Below, piece by piece: positions 17,315 to 36,817 of a stretch of 64,000 nucleotides of DNA; positions within the stretch are counted from its first letter, which is position 1; every line of letters starts with the position of its first letter. The position numbers and the translations under genes were made by a program. The notes beneath the pieces are model-generated. The model made no database searches and was not told the DNA's origin. It saw only the letters and a program-made list of their open reading frames with translations. The stretch covers positions 34,038,001-34,102,000 of the forward strand of contig NC_086378.1 in assembly GCF_036588685.1 (NCBI RefSeq), given 5' to 3'. This DNA comes from Mytilus trossulus (taxonomy: Eukaryota).

Positions 17315-19031
17315 GAAGTGTGATTTTTTCACCAAAACATAACGGCCCTTTTCAGGGCCACCAATATTTTTCAAAAAGAATCTATAAATTGTTGTACATG
17401 AAAATTAGAAACATAGCCGAACCCCTCTTTTCCCCATCTCTCTCTCTCTCTTTTATTTCTTCTTGTTGAATCCATCTATATGCAAAGCAATACATAGACA
17501 AAAAATAAATTTTATGATATATATATACACACAAGTCTCATCACAAAAAAAAGGGGGGTGTTTGTTTATCATGGTACATGTATGTCCTTGTGTGTAGAAT
17601 ATTAAATAGTACATTATATAAAAAAAGATCAACATATAAATGTTTCTATCTGTACTTCTGTTCTTTTCTTTTCTTCGCTTGTTTTGTCTTGTCTTCTTTT
17701 GATGTATTATTTACACCAGTAGTCTAGACCAAAGAAAGAGAACCACCAACTGGCCAAAATATAACCTTTTTTTTTAAGTTAGAGTTTAAATATCTTGTAT
17801 AATTCATTAATTTGAATATTTCTTTTAGAAAAGCTGATATTACAGGGTACTTTTATCAAAAATTTAGAGCTCTTTTTCAGTCAGAATTGTAAAGAATTTT
17901 TTTATCATGTATGTAGTAATATATTTTGTCCACTTTAGAGTCTTGTCTTGCTGCTAGTTAACAAAATCATGAAATTTCTATTTAAATTAATATAATTTCG
18001 GTACGGGTCCAAGTAGTCCCCACAAAATTTCAATGTAGGAAGTCCATGTAAGCATATATCTTGCACTTATAAGCTTTTTTATATGATAAAAAGTGGTTTT
18101 CAGACTTATTATAAACTTTTCTGGCTAAAAGAAGTCTTCAGAATAGTAAGTACATGTGTGCGCATTAACATTTTTATTGGATTGGCTGATGAAATTGTCA
18201 TCGTCATACTGTGGATAAATATAGAATGGCGTTTAAAAATAAAATTGAAAGGAAGATGCACACATAAGAAGTTTTACCCGCAGTCAGGGGCATCTCTTTT
18301 CTTCACTGTAATACCTAGAAAAAAAAATCTTTAATAGTAATAACAGTAACAGTTTTATTCATACATTCTCCCATTTATGATCTGAAGTACCTGCAGCAGA
18401 TCGTTGATGGATGGCAAGCACAGCTTTGACAGATGATGTTGAGTTATGAAAGACAGGTAGAAAACTGCAAGCATGTAAAATCCTGTGATGTATCCAATTT
18501 CTGGATACATCAAATAGACAAATAGATAACCAGTATTCCTAGATATGTCTGTGAGGTTTATTTTTTCCCCAACTAAATTCCATTCCATTAAGTTGAAATG
18601 TGTATTGTCATTGAATGAAAATGTCTGTTCAGAGAAAGCAAATAATTATCTTTATAATTTTGACTGTCTAAAGTGATTTTCATTTATCATTTATTTATCA
18701 TACTATTCTATCTTAAAATGAAAACTTTTCAACATTTTGGAACTTTTTTTGTCTCCTTCAGTCATTTTTATTCCGATTGAAATAATAGTTTTTTCTTAAA
18801 AATTTACTGTCTGATATGAATTATTATATTTTTCAGACCTAGAATGAAAAAGTGGATTGAAAGTGTACACAGTTTAAGGCAGTACAGAGTTACCTCCCGG
18901 AATAAAACAACGTAAGCCAATCAGACAACAGTTAACTGAAAATGTGTGATACTTCTTTTACGGCCGCGTTGGTGATATATAAAGAGTCGCTGTTAGACGG
19001 AAAGTATTATTTAACTAATCACCACAAATAG

Positions 19032-19349
<318 letters not shown>

Positions 19350-20200
19350 ACAGCCACCCAGCTAATATCAACAACGGCCCTTTTCAGGGCCACCAACATT
19401 TTTCAAAAAGAATCTTAGATTTGTTGTACATCGTTTTAAACAAAATCTTGAAATCAAAGCTTGCTCCCACTTCTATTCTTTTCTCTAATGTTCATGAATT
19501 TTTCAACCGTTTTTCTTGTTTTCCCTGATCCTGATCCGCAACTATTTTCTCTCTCTCGTTATACCCCCCCCCCCCCCTTTTTTTTTTTAAATATCTGGCT
19601 TTCTTTTTAATTAACTTCCTTACTCTTACTCTTGTATTTATTTGAGAATTTATATTTCTGAAGGTTTATGAATACGTTCAAAGATCAAGTCCGTGCATTT
19701 GCCTACATGAAGAGAGAAAATTTCAAAACAAAATGCACGGACTTTTACACACAAAATCTGTAGATTCTGTTATATTCAATTATAGAGGTTTTTTTTGCGT
19801 GGTTTAAGATTAGGTAATGTTCTTGTTTCCGTGTAAAATAATTCTCGCAATATTTTTTTTCTCTCGAAAAGCAAAAGAAATCGTAAATTTATCAACTCTA
19901 TTAATTGGAATGAAAGCACTGTTTTGTTCTTCATGATTTATGTATTTACGCTTTGTAGTTTTGACAGACAAATTAAATGCTACAGAATGAGTGAAATACA
20001 CGTATATTTGTTATACAGATAGAAAGAAGAGAAAAGTAACCATATACTATTGAAATAGTTTGAAAGTGGTTATAGCTGGGGTTGGGATTTATAGCTTTGT
20101 TTAGAAGTTTGACATTGATGTACAACAAATGTAAATTCTTTTTGAAAAATGTTGGTGGCCCTGAAAAGGGCCGTTTGTGAAGTTATAAACTTCAGACTGT

Positions 20201-20575
20201 TTACTTGCTGCTGGTGTATTTAGTGACGGCTTTGGTACCTTCACTGACAGCGTGCTTGGCCAATTCTCCGGGTAAGAGAAGACGGACAGCGGTCTGGATC
20301 TCCCGGGATGTGATGGTAGATCTTTTGTTGTAGTGTGCCAATCGGGAAGCCTCTGCTGCGATTCTCTCGAAGATATCGTTGACGAAGCTGTTCATGATGG
20401 ACATTGCCTTTGAGGACACTCCGGTGTCGGGGTGAACTTGTCTCAAGACTTTGTAGATGTAGATAGCATAGGATTCACGTCTCTTCCTCCTCCTTTTCTT
20501 ATCACCGCCGGGTCTGGCAGTCTTTGCCTTGGTGACGGCCTTCTTGGCTCCTTTAGTTCCTACTTTGGGTGGCAT
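20201..20575 (-). CDS. H2B: Histone H2B
   Basis: 124-aa H2B from MPPKVG. Confidence 0.98.
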   Translation of the reverse strand: MPPKVGTKGAKKAVTKAKTARPGGDKKRRRKRRESYAIYIYKVLRQVHPDTGVSSKAMSIMNSFVNDIFERIAAEASRLAHYNKRSTITSREIQTAVRLLLPGELAKHAVSEGTKAVTKYTSSK

Positions 20576-20845
20576 GTTACTGGTTTGATAATCAAATAAG
20601 TAATGGTGAAAAATTATTTTCAATTTGTTTATATACTGGGCAAAACGGATTGAAAGATTTTATTAAACGCGAACCTCGGAGAGAGCACCCATAACATGTT
20701 GAATGTTCGGTAGCCTAACTGCTCGCAGAGAGCTTCGTTCTGATTGGTGTATAATAAAAACATCGTTCAATCCGTTTAGTGGGTATATAAGCTAAATTTT
20801 GAAGAAAAATTGTATCACTTTACTCAGTGTCGATCAACCAAATAG

Positions 20846-21229
<384 letters not shown>

Positions 21230-22410
21230 AAAGTGGATATATCGGATTACTCACTTAACAACGGCCCTTTTCAGGGCCACCAATATTTTTCAAAAAGAGT
21301 CTAAAATTGTTGTACATCTTAGTAATACTTTATTCCCCATACATAATTGAAAAAAATATATTCTACTACATAACAAATAAAAAATGTCTAAAATATAAAT
21401 GTCCCTTCTTCCGTGATTCTTCTTTTCTTCTCTCTCTAACGCATCCCATTTAAGTACAGTTCTTATAGCATAACACTAAGTCTAGTAACTTTTTCAGTCT
21501 TCTTCATCAGAACATTTATTGTCGTACTTTCTGACTCTTTGAACCCACAAGTAGCTCAGTTAAATCATATAATGTTTGTCGGGGGGAAAAAAAACCACTG
21601 ATAGTATTTATATTTAATACTAGTCTGCTCTCTTCTTTCTCTCTCTTGGTTATTGATGCGAGCATGCTTAGATTCATCTGAGAAGGTGTGTGGTTTTTTT
21701 TTATTATTATAATTATTTATAGTTTTTGTTAACATTATCTCTTTCGTCAACACTTTTATATATGATATGTACTTTCCATTCTTTTCCTTTTTCCATTTTT
21801 TTCAGCATCTCTCTCTCTGTCTTTCTGTCTTTATTTAGTTATTGTTTGTGTATTAAAGATGTGGAATTGATGTAAGCACACCGACAATCAGACAATGTGA
21901 CAAATGTGCCCAGCCCAAATGAAAATCATACCACATCTTCTTTTTTTATATTAAATATACATAAATATGACATAATACAACAATAAAGAAACTCAGCCGA
22001 TCCGCACAATGTCATGTCGGGAATGTGTAATTCCATTTGTTTCTGTTTTTTTATTTTTATTTCGCTTTGTTTGTGTTATAACTGCATTTTATTTTTATTT
22101 TTTCCTGTTTTTATTTTTCGTTCCTTTCCTTAATGTTTCTGCATGTATTTTGACCTTTTTTCATTATTATTATTTTTCTTCTTCAGATTTATCATATTGA
22201 AACCGTGACACTAATTTACTATTGTTGAGCTATGAGGGATGATCAGAAACTGTAATTATGAATGAAAAAAGGGGGCATTTTTACTGTCAGCTTGGGTTGA
22301 GCAGTTTTTCAGTAAAAAATGGATTGAAAACTGTCAAAGTCCCTTACAAATCAGTCCAATCAGATTTAAGATATGCGGACCAATCAACGCCAGCTTTATG
22401 TAAGTGGTGA

Positions 22411-22926
<516 letters not shown>

Positions 22927-24643
22927 GAAGTGTGATTTTTTCACCAAAACATAACGGCCCTTTTCAGGGCCACCAATATTTTTCAAAAAGAATCTATAAA
23001 TTGTTGTACATGAAAATTAGAAACATAGCCGAACCCCTCTTTTCCCCATCTCTCTCTCTCTCTTTTATTTCTTCTTGTTGAATCCATCTATATGCAAAGC
23101 AATACATAGACAAAAAATAAATTTTATGATATATATATACACACAAGTCTCATCACAAAAAAAAGGGGGGTGTTTGTTTATCATGGTACATGTATGTCCT
23201 TGTGTGTAGAATATTAAATAGTACATTATATAAAAAAAGATCAACATATAAATGTTTCTATCTGTACTTCTGTTCTTTTCTTTTCTTCGCTTGTTTTGTC
23301 TTGTCTTCTTTTGATGTATTATTTACACCAGTAGTCTAGACCAAAGAAAGAGAACCACCAACTGGCCAAAATATAACCTTTTTTTTTAAGTTAGAGTTTA
23401 AATATCTTGTATAATTCATTAATTTGAATATTTCTTTTAGAAAAGCTGATATTACAGGGTACTTTTATCAAAAATTTAGAGCTCTTTTTCAGTCAGAATT
23501 GTAAAGAATTTTTTTATCATGTATGTAGTAATATATTTTGTCCACTTTAGAGTCTTGTCTTGCTGCTAGTTAACAAAATCATGAAATTTCTATTTAAATT
23601 AATATAATTTCGGTACGGGTCCAAGTAGTCCCCACAAAATTTCAATGTAGGAAGTCCATGTAAGCATATATCTTGCACTTATAAGCTTTTTTATATGATA
23701 AAAAGTGGTTTTCAGACTTATTATAAACTTTTCTGGCTAAAAGAAGTCTTCAGAATAGTAAGTACATGTGTGCGCATTAACATTTTTATTGGATTGGCTG
23801 ATGAAATTGTCATCGTCATACTGTGGATAAATATAGAATGGCGTTTAAAAATAAAATTGAAAGGAAGATGCACACATAAGAAGTTTTACCCGCAGTCAGG
23901 GGCATCTCTTTTCTTCACTGTAATACCTAGAAAAAAAAATCTTTAATAGTAATAACAGTAACAGTTTTATTCATACATTCTCCCATTTATGATCTGAAGT
24001 ACCTGCAGCAGATCGTTGATGGATGGCAAGCACAGCTTTGACAGATGATGTTGAGTTATGAAAGACAGGTAGAAAACTGCAAGCATGTAAAATCCTGTGA
24101 TGTATCCAATTTCTGGATACATCAAATAGACAAATAGATAACCAGTATTCCTAGATATGTCTGTGAGGTTTATTTTTTCCCCAACTAAATTCCATTCCAT
24201 TAAGTTGAAATGTGTATTGTCATTGAATGAAAATGTCTGTTCAGAGAAAGCAAATAATTATCTTTATAATTTTGACTGTCTAAAGTGATTTTCATTTATC
24301 ATTTATTTATCATACTATTCTATCTTAAAATGAAAACTTTTCAACATTTTGGAACTTTTTTTGTCTCCTTCAGTCATTTTTATTCCGATTGAAATAATAG
24401 TTTTTTCTTAAAAATTTACTGTCTGATATGAATTATTATATTTTTCAGACCTAGAATGAAAAAGTGGATTGAAAGTGTACACAGTTTAAGGCAGTACAGA
24501 GTTACCTCCCGGAATAAAACAACGTAAGCCAATCAGACAACAGTTAACTGAAAATGTGTGATACTTCTTTTACGGCCGCGTTGGTGATATATAAAGAGTC
24601 GCTGTTAGACGGAAAGTATTATTTAACTAATCACCACAAATAG

Positions 24644-24961
<318 letters not shown>

Positions 24962-25813
24962 ACAGCCACCCAGCTAATATCAACAACGGCCCTTTTCAGG
25001 GCCACCAACATTTTTCAAAAAGAATCTTAGATTTGTTGTACATCGTTTTAAACAAAATCTTGAAATCAAAGCTTGCTCCCACTTCTATTCTTTTCTCTAA
25101 TGTTCATGAATTTTTCAACCGTTTTTCTTGTTTTCCCTGATCCTGATCCGCAACTATTTTCTCTCTCTCGTTATACCCCCCCCCCCCCCCTTTTTTTTTT
25201 TAAATATCTGGCTTTCTTTTTAATTAACTTCCTTACTCTTACTCTTGTATTTATTTGAGAATTTATATTTCTGAAGGTTTATGAATACGTTCAAAGATCA
25301 AGTCCGTGCATTTGCCTACATGAAGAGAGAAAATTTCAAAACAAAATGCACGGACTTTTACACACAAAATCTGTAGATTCTGTTATATTCAATTATAGAG
25401 GTTTTTTTTGCGTGGTTTAAGATTAGGTAATGTTCTTGTTTCCGTGTAAAATAATTCTCGCAATATTTTTTTTCTCTCGAAAAGCAAAAGAAATCGTAAA
25501 TTTATCAACTCTATTAATTGGAATGAAAGCACTGTTTTGTTCTTCATGATTTATGTATTTACGCTTTGTAGTTTTGACAGACAAATTAAATGCTACAGAA
25601 TGAGTGAAATACACGTATATTTGTTATACAGATAGAAAGAAGAGAAAAGTAACCATATACTATTGAAATAGTTTGAAAGTGGTTATAGCTGGGGTTGGGA
25701 TTTATAGCTTTGTTTAGAAGTTTGACATTGATGTACAACAAATGTAAATTCTTTTTGAAAAATGTTGGTGGCCCTGAAAAGGGCCGTTTGTGAAGTTATA
25801 AACTTCAGACTGT

Positions 25814-26188
25814 TTACTTGCTGCTGGTGTATTTAGTGACGGCTTTGGTACCTTCACTGACAGCGTGCTTGGCCAATTCTCCGGGTAAGAGAAGACGGAC
25901 AGCGGTCTGGATCTCCCGGGATGTGATGGTAGATCTTTTGTTGTAGTGTGCCAATCGGGAAGCCTCTGCTGCGATTCTCTCGAAGATATCGTTGACGAAG
26001 CTGTTCATGATGGACATTGCCTTTGAGGACACTCCGGTGTCGGGGTGAACTTGTCTCAAGACTTTGTAGATGTAGATAGCATAGGATTCACGTCTCTTCC
26101 TCCTCCTTTTCTTATCACCGCCGGGTCTGGCAGTCTTTGCCTTGGTGACGGCCTTCTTGGCTCCTTTAGTTCCTACTTTGGGTGGCAT
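25814..26188 (-). CDS. H2B: Histone H2B
   Basis: 124-aa H2B from MPPKVG. Confidence 0.98.
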   Translation of the reverse strand: MPPKVGTKGAKKAVTKAKTARPGGDKKRRRKRRESYAIYIYKVLRQVHPDTGVSSKAMSIMNSFVNDIFERIAAEASRLAHYNKRSTITSREIQTAVRLLLPGELAKHAVSEGTKAVTKYTSSK

Positions 26189-26458
26189 GTTACTGGTTTG
26201 ATAATCAAATAAGTAATGGTGAAAAATTATTTTCAATTTGTTTATATACTGGGCAAAACGGATTGAAAGATTTTATTAAACGCGAACCTCGGAGAGAGCA
26301 CCCATAACATGTTGAATGTTCGGTAGCCTAACTGCTCGCAGAGAGCTTCGTTCTGATTGGTGTATAATAAAAACATCGTTCAATCCGTTTAGTGGGTATA
26401 TAAGCTAAATTTTGAAGAAAAATTGTATCACTTTACTCAGTGTCGATCAACCAAATAG

Positions 26459-26842
<384 letters not shown>

Positions 26843-28023
26843 AAAGTGGATATATCGGATTACTCACTTAACAACGGCCCTTTTCAGGGCCACCAATATT
26901 TTTCAAAAAGAGTCTAAAATTGTTGTACATCTTAGTAATACTTTATTCCCCATACATAATTGAAAAAAATATATTCTACTACATAACAAATAAAAAATGT
27001 CTAAAATATAAATGTCCCTTCTTCCGTGATTCTTCTTTTCTTCTCTCTCTAACGCATCCCATTTAAGTACAGTTCTTATAGCATAACACTAAGTCTAGTA
27101 ACTTTTTCAGTCTTCTTCATCAGAACATTTATTGTCGTACTTTCTGACTCTTTGAACCCACAAGTAGCTCAGTTAAATCATATAATGTTTGTCGGGGGGA
27201 AAAAAAACCACTGATAGTATTTATATTTAATACTAGTCTGCTCTCTTCTTTCTCTCTCTTGGTTATTGATGCGAGCATGCTTAGATTCATCTGAGAAGGT
27301 GTGTGGTTTTTTTTTATTATTATAATTATTTATAGTTTTTGTTAACATTATCTCTTTCGTCAACACTTTTATATATGATATGTACTTTCCATTCTTTTCC
27401 TTTTTCCATTTTTTTCAGCATCTCTCTCTCTGTCTTTCTGTCTTTATTTAGTTATTGTTTGTGTATTAAAGATGTGGAATTGATGTAAGCACACCGACAA
27501 TCAGACAATGTGACAAATGTGCCCAGCCCAAATGAAAATCATACCACATCTTCTTTTTTTATATTAAATATACATAAATATGACATAATACAACAATAAA
27601 GAAACTCAGCCGATCCGCACAATGTCATGTCGGGAATGTGTAATTCCATTTGTTTCTGTTTTTTTATTTTTATTTCGCTTTGTTTGTGTTATAACTGCAT
27701 TTTATTTTTATTTTTTCCTGTTTTTATTTTTCGTTCCTTTCCTTAATGTTTCTGCATGTATTTTGACCTTTTTTCATTATTATTATTTTTCTTCTTCAGA
27801 TTTATCATATTGAAACCGTGACACTAATTTACTATTGTTGAGCTATGAGGGATGATCAGAAACTGTAATTATGAATGAAAAAAGGGGGCATTTTTACTGT
27901 CAGCTTGGGTTGAGCAGTTTTTCAGTAAAAAATGGATTGAAAACTGTCAAAGTCCCTTACAAATCAGTCCAATCAGATTTAAGATATGCGGACCAATCAA
28001 CGCCAGCTTTATGTAAGTGGTGA

Positions 28024-28539
<516 letters not shown>

Positions 28540-29254
28540 GAAGTGTGATTTTTTCACCAAAACATAACGGCCCTTTTCAGGGCCACCAATATTTTTCAAA
28601 AAGAATCTATAAATTGTTGTACATGAAAATTAGAAACATAGCCGAACCCCTCTTTTCCCCATCTCTCTCTCTCTCTTTTATTTCTTCTTGTTGAATCCAT
28701 CTATATGCAAAGCAATACATAGACAAAAAATAAATTTTATGATATATATATACACACAAGTCTCATCACAAAAAAAAGGGGGGTGTTTGTTTATCATGGT
28801 ACATGTATGTCCTTGTGTGTAGAATATTAAATAGTACATTATATAAAAAAAGATCAACATATAAATGTTTCTATCTGTACTTCTGTTCTTTTCTTTTCTT
28901 CGCTTGTTTTGTCTTGTCTTCTTTTGATGTATTATTTACACCAGTAGTCTAGACCAAAGAAAGAGAACCACCAACTGGCCAAAATATAACCTTTTTTTTT
29001 AAGTTAGAGTTTAAATATCTTGTATAATTCATTAATTTGAATATTTCTTTTAGAAAAGCTGATATTACAGGGTACTTTTATCAAAAATTTAGAGCTCTTT
29101 TTCAGTCAGAATTGTAAAGAATTTTTTTATCATGTATGTAGTAATATATTTTGTCCACTTTAGAGTCTTGTCTTGCTGCTAGTTAACAAAATCATGAAAT
29201 TTCTATTTAAATTAATATAATTTCGGTACGGGTCCAAGTAGTCCCCACAAAATT

Positions 29255-29354
29255 NNNNNNNNNNNNNNNNNNNNNNNNNNNNNNNNNNNNNNNNNNNNNN
29301 NNNNNNNNNNNNNNNNNNNNNNNNNNNNNNNNNNNNNNNNNNNNNNNNNNNNNN
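29255..29354. other. Scaffold gap (100 N); array orientation flips across it
   Basis: Run of exactly 100 n. Confidence 0.99.
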
Positions 29355-30686
29355 TTATTTGCTTTCTCTGAACAGACATTTTCATTCAATGACAATACAC
29401 ATTTCAACTTAATGGAATGGAATTTAGTTGGGGAAAAAATAAACCTCACAGACATATCTAGGAATACTGGTTATCTATTTGTCTATTTGATGTATCCAGA
29501 AATTGGATACATCACAGGATTTTACATGCTTGCAGTTTTCTACCTGTCTTTCATAACTCAACATCATCTGTCAAAGCTGTGCTTGCCATCCATCAACGAT
29601 CTGCTGCAGGTACTTCAGATCATAAATGGGAGAATGTATGAATAAAACTGTTACTGTTATTACTATTAAAGATTTTTTTTTTCTAGGTATTACAGTGAAG
29701 AAAAGAGATGCCCCTGACTGCGGGTAAAACTTCTTATGTGTGCATCTTCCTTTCAATTTTATTTTTAAACGCCATTCTATATTTATCCACAGTATGACGA
29801 TGACAATTTCATCAGCCAATCCAATAAAAATGTTAATGCGCACACATGTACTTACTATTCTGAAGACTTCTTTTAGCCAGAAAAGTTTATAATAAGTCTG
29901 AAAACCACTTTTTATCATATAAAAAAGCTTATAAGTGCAAGATATATGCTTACATGGACTTCCTACATTGAAATTTTGTGGGGACTACTTGGACCCGTAC
30001 CGAAATTATATTAATTTAAATAGAAATTTCATGATTTTGTTAACTAGCAGCAAGACAAGACTCTAAAGTGGACAAAATATATTACTACATACATGATAAA
30101 AAAATTCTTTACAATTCTGACTGAAAAAGAGCTCTAAATTTTTGATAAAAGTACCCTGTAATATCAGCTTTTCTAAAAGAAATATTCAAATTAATGAATT
30201 ATACAAGATATTTAAACTCTAACTTAAAAAAAAAGGTTATATTTTGGCCAGTTGGTGGTTCTCTTTCTTTGGTCTAGACTACTGGTGTAAATAATACATC
30301 AAAAGAAGACAAGACAAAACAAGCGAAGAAAAGAAAAGAACAGAAGTACAGATAGAAACATTTATATGTTGATCTTTTTTTATATAATGTACTATTTAAT
30401 ATTCTACACACAAGGACATACATGTACCATGATAAACAAACACCCCCCTTTTTTTTGTGATGAGACTTGTGTGTATATATATATCATAAAATTTATTTTT
30501 TGTCTATGTATTGCTTTGCATATAGATGGATTCAACAAGAAGAAATAAAAGAGAGAGAGAGAGATGGGGAAAAGAGGGGTTCGGCTATGTTTCTAATTTT
30601 CATGTACAACAATTTATAGATTCTTTTTGAAAAATATTGGTGGCCCTGAAAAGGGCCGTTATGTTTTGGTGAAAAAATCACACTTC

Positions 30687-31202
<516 letters not shown>

Positions 31203-32383
31203 TCACCACTTACATAAAGCTGGCGTTGATTGGTCCGCATATCTTAAATCTGATTGGACTGATTTGTAAGGGACTTTGACAGTTTTCAATCCATTTTTTA
31301 CTGAAAAACTGCTCAACCCAAGCTGACAGTAAAAATGCCCCCTTTTTTCATTCATAATTACAGTTTCTGATCATCCCTCATAGCTCAACAATAGTAAATT
31401 AGTGTCACGGTTTCAATATGATAAATCTGAAGAAGAAAAATAATAATAATGAAAAAAGGTCAAAATACATGCAGAAACATTAAGGAAAGGAACGAAAAAT
31501 AAAAACAGGAAAAAATAAAAATAAAATGCAGTTATAACACAAACAAAGCGAAATAAAAATAAAAAAACAGAAACAAATGGAATTACACATTCCCGACATG
31601 ACATTGTGCGGATCGGCTGAGTTTCTTTATTGTTGTATTATGTCATATTTATGTATATTTAATATAAAAAAAGAAGATGTGGTATGATTTTCATTTGGGC
31701 TGGGCACATTTGTCACATTGTCTGATTGTCGGTGTGCTTACATCAATTCCACATCTTTAATACACAAACAATAACTAAATAAAGACAGAAAGACAGAGAG
31801 AGAGATGCTGAAAAAAATGGAAAAAGGAAAAGAATGGAAAGTACATATCATATATAAAAGTGTTGACGAAAGAGATAATGTTAACAAAAACTATAAATAA
31901 TTATAATAATAAAAAAAAACCACACACCTTCTCAGATGAATCTAAGCATGCTCGCATCAATAACCAAGAGAGAGAAAGAAGAGAGCAGACTAGTATTAAA
32001 TATAAATACTATCAGTGGTTTTTTTTCCCCCCGACAAACATTATATGATTTAACTGAGCTACTTGTGGGTTCAAAGAGTCAGAAAGTACGACAATAAATG
32101 TTCTGATGAAGAAGACTGAAAAAGTTACTAGACTTAGTGTTATGCTATAAGAACTGTACTTAAATGGGATGCGTTAGAGAGAGAAGAAAAGAAGAATCAC
32201 GGAAGAAGGGACATTTATATTTTAGACATTTTTTATTTGTTATGTAGTAGAATATATTTTTTTCAATTATGTATGGGGAATAAAGTATTACTAAGATGTA
32301 CAACAATTTTAGACTCTTTTTGAAAAATATTGGTGGCCCTGAAAAGGGCCGTTGTTAAGTGAGTAATCCGATATATCCACTTT

Positions 32384-32768
<385 letters not shown>

Positions 32769-33038
32769 CTATTTGGTTGATCGACACTGAGTAAAGTGAT
32801 ACAATTTTTCTTCAAAATTTAGCTTATATACCCACTAAACGGATTGAACGATGTTTTTATTATACACCAATCAGAACGAAGCTCTCTGCGAGCAGTTAGG
32901 CTACCGAACATTCAACATGTTATGGGTGCTCTCTCCGAGGTTCGCGTTTAATAAAATCTTTCAATCCGTTTTGCCCAGTATATAAACAAATTGAAAATAA
33001 TTTTTCACCATTACTTATTTGATTATCAAACCAGTAAC

Positions 33039-33413
33039 ATGCCACCCAAAGTAGGAACTAAAGGAGCCAAGAAGGCCGTCACCAAGGCAAAGACTGCCAG
33101 ACCCGGCGGTGATAAGAAAAGGAGGAGGAAGAGACGTGAATCCTATGCTATCTACATCTACAAAGTCTTGAGACAAGTTCACCCCGACACCGGAGTGTCC
33201 TCAAAGGCAATGTCCATCATGAACAGCTTCGTCAACGATATCTTCGAGAGAATCGCAGCAGAGGCTTCCCGATTGGCACACTACAACAAAAGATCTACCA
33301 TCACATCCCGGGAGATCCAGACCGCTGTCCGTCTTCTCTTACCCGGAGAATTGGCCAAGCACGCTGTCAGTGAAGGTACCAAAGCCGTCACTAAATACAC
33401 CAGCAGCAAGTAA
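33039..33413 (+). CDS. H2B: Histone H2B
   Basis: 124-aa H2B from MPPKVG. Confidence 0.98.
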   Translation: MPPKVGTKGAKKAVTKAKTARPGGDKKRRRKRRESYAIYIYKVLRQVHPDTGVSSKAMSIMNSFVNDIFERIAAEASRLAHYNKRSTITSREIQTAVRLLLPGELAKHAVSEGTKAVTKYTSSK

Positions 33414-34266
33414 ACAGTCTGAAGTTTATAACTTCACAAACGGCCCTTTTCAGGGCCACCAACATTTTTCAAAAAGAATTTACATTTGTTGTACATCAAT
33501 GTCAAACTTCTAAACAAAGCTATAAATCCCAACCCCAGCTATAACCACTTTCAAACTATTTCAATAGTATATGGTTACTTTTCTCTTCTTTCTATCTGTA
33601 TAACAAATATACGTGTATTTCACTCATTCTGTAGCATTTAATTTGTCTGTCAAAACTACAAAGCGTAAATACATAAATCATGAAGAACAAAACAGTGCTT
33701 TCATTCCAATTAATAGAGTTGATAAATTTACGATTTCTTTTGCTTTTCGAGAGAAAAAAAATATTGCGAGAATTATTTTACACGGAAACAAGAACATTAC
33801 CTAATCTTAAACCACGCAAAAAAAACCTCTATAATTGAATATAACAGAATCTACAGATTTTGTGTGTAAAAGTCCGTGCATTTTGTTTTGAAATTTTCTC
33901 TCTTCATGTAGGCAAATGCACGGACTTGATCTTTGAACGTATTCATAAACCTTCAGAAATATAAATTCTCAAATAAATACAAGAGTAAGAGTAAGGAAGT
34001 TAATTAAAAAGAAAGCCAGATATTTAAAAAAAAAAAGGGGGGGGGGGGGGGGTATAACGAGAGAGAGAAAATAGTTGCGGATCAGGATCAGGGAAAACAA
34101 GAAAAACGGTTGAAAAATTCATGAACATTAGAGAAAAGAATAGAAGTGGGAGCAAGCTTTGATTTCAAGATTTTGTTTAAAACGATGTACAACAAATCTA
34201 AGATTCTTTTTGAAAAATGTTGGTGGCCCTGAAAAGGGCCGTTGTTGATATTAGCTGGGTGGCTGT

Positions 34267-34584
<318 letters not shown>

Positions 34585-36301
34585 CTATTTGTGGTGATTA
34601 GTTAAATAATACTTTCCGTCTAACAGCGACTCTTTATATATCACCAACGCGGCCGTAAAAGAAGTATCACACATTTTCAGTTAACTGTTGTCTGATTGGC
34701 TTACGTTGTTTTATTCCGGGAGGTAACTCTGTACTGCCTTAAACTGTGTACACTTTCAATCCACTTTTTCATTCTAGGTCTGAAAAATATAATAATTCAT
34801 ATCAGACAGTAAATTTTTAAGAAAAAACTATTATTTCAATCGGAATAAAAATGACTGAAGGAGACAAAAAAAGTTCCAAAATGTTGAAAAGTTTTCATTT
34901 TAAGATAGAATAGTATGATAAATAAATGATAAATGAAAATCACTTTAGACAGTCAAAATTATAAAGATAATTATTTGCTTTCTCTGAACAGACATTTTCA
35001 TTCAATGACAATACACATTTCAACTTAATGGAATGGAATTTAGTTGGGGAAAAAATAAACCTCACAGACATATCTAGGAATACTGGTTATCTATTTGTCT
35101 ATTTGATGTATCCAGAAATTGGATACATCACAGGATTTTACATGCTTGCAGTTTTCTACCTGTCTTTCATAACTCAACATCATCTGTCAAAGCTGTGCTT
35201 GCCATCCATCAACGATCTGCTGCAGGTACTTCAGATCATAAATGGGAGAATGTATGAATAAAACTGTTACTGTTATTACTATTAAAGATTTTTTTTTCTA
35301 GGTATTACAGTGAAGAAAAGAGATGCCCCTGACTGCGGGTAAAACTTCTTATGTGTGCATCTTCCTTTCAATTTTATTTTTAAACGCCATTCTATATTTA
35401 TCCACAGTATGACGATGACAATTTCATCAGCCAATCCAATAAAAATGTTAATGCGCACACATGTACTTACTATTCTGAAGACTTCTTTTAGCCAGAAAAG
35501 TTTATAATAAGTCTGAAAACCACTTTTTATCATATAAAAAAGCTTATAAGTGCAAGATATATGCTTACATGGACTTCCTACATTGAAATTTTGTGGGGAC
35601 TACTTGGACCCGTACCGAAATTATATTAATTTAAATAGAAATTTCATGATTTTGTTAACTAGCAGCAAGACAAGACTCTAAAGTGGACAAAATATATTAC
35701 TACATACATGATAAAAAAATTCTTTACAATTCTGACTGAAAAAGAGCTCTAAATTTTTGATAAAAGTACCCTGTAATATCAGCTTTTCTAAAAGAAATAT
35801 TCAAATTAATGAATTATACAAGATATTTAAACTCTAACTTAAAAAAAAAGGTTATATTTTGGCCAGTTGGTGGTTCTCTTTCTTTGGTCTAGACTACTGG
35901 TGTAAATAATACATCAAAAGAAGACAAGACAAAACAAGCGAAGAAAAGAAAAGAACAGAAGTACAGATAGAAACATTTATATGTTGATCTTTTTTTATAT
36001 AATGTACTATTTAATATTCTACACACAAGGACATACATGTACCATGATAAACAAACACCCCCCTTTTTTTTGTGATGAGACTTGTGTGTATATATATATC
36101 ATAAAATTTATTTTTTGTCTATGTATTGCTTTGCATATAGATGGATTCAACAAGAAGAAATAAAAGAGAGAGAGAGAGATGGGGAAAAGAGGGGTTCGGC
36201 TATGTTTCTAATTTTCATGTACAACAATTTATAGATTCTTTTTGAAAAATATTGGTGGCCCTGAAAAGGGCCGTTATGTTTTGGTGAAAAAATCACACTT
36301 C

Positions 36302-36817
<516 letters not shown>
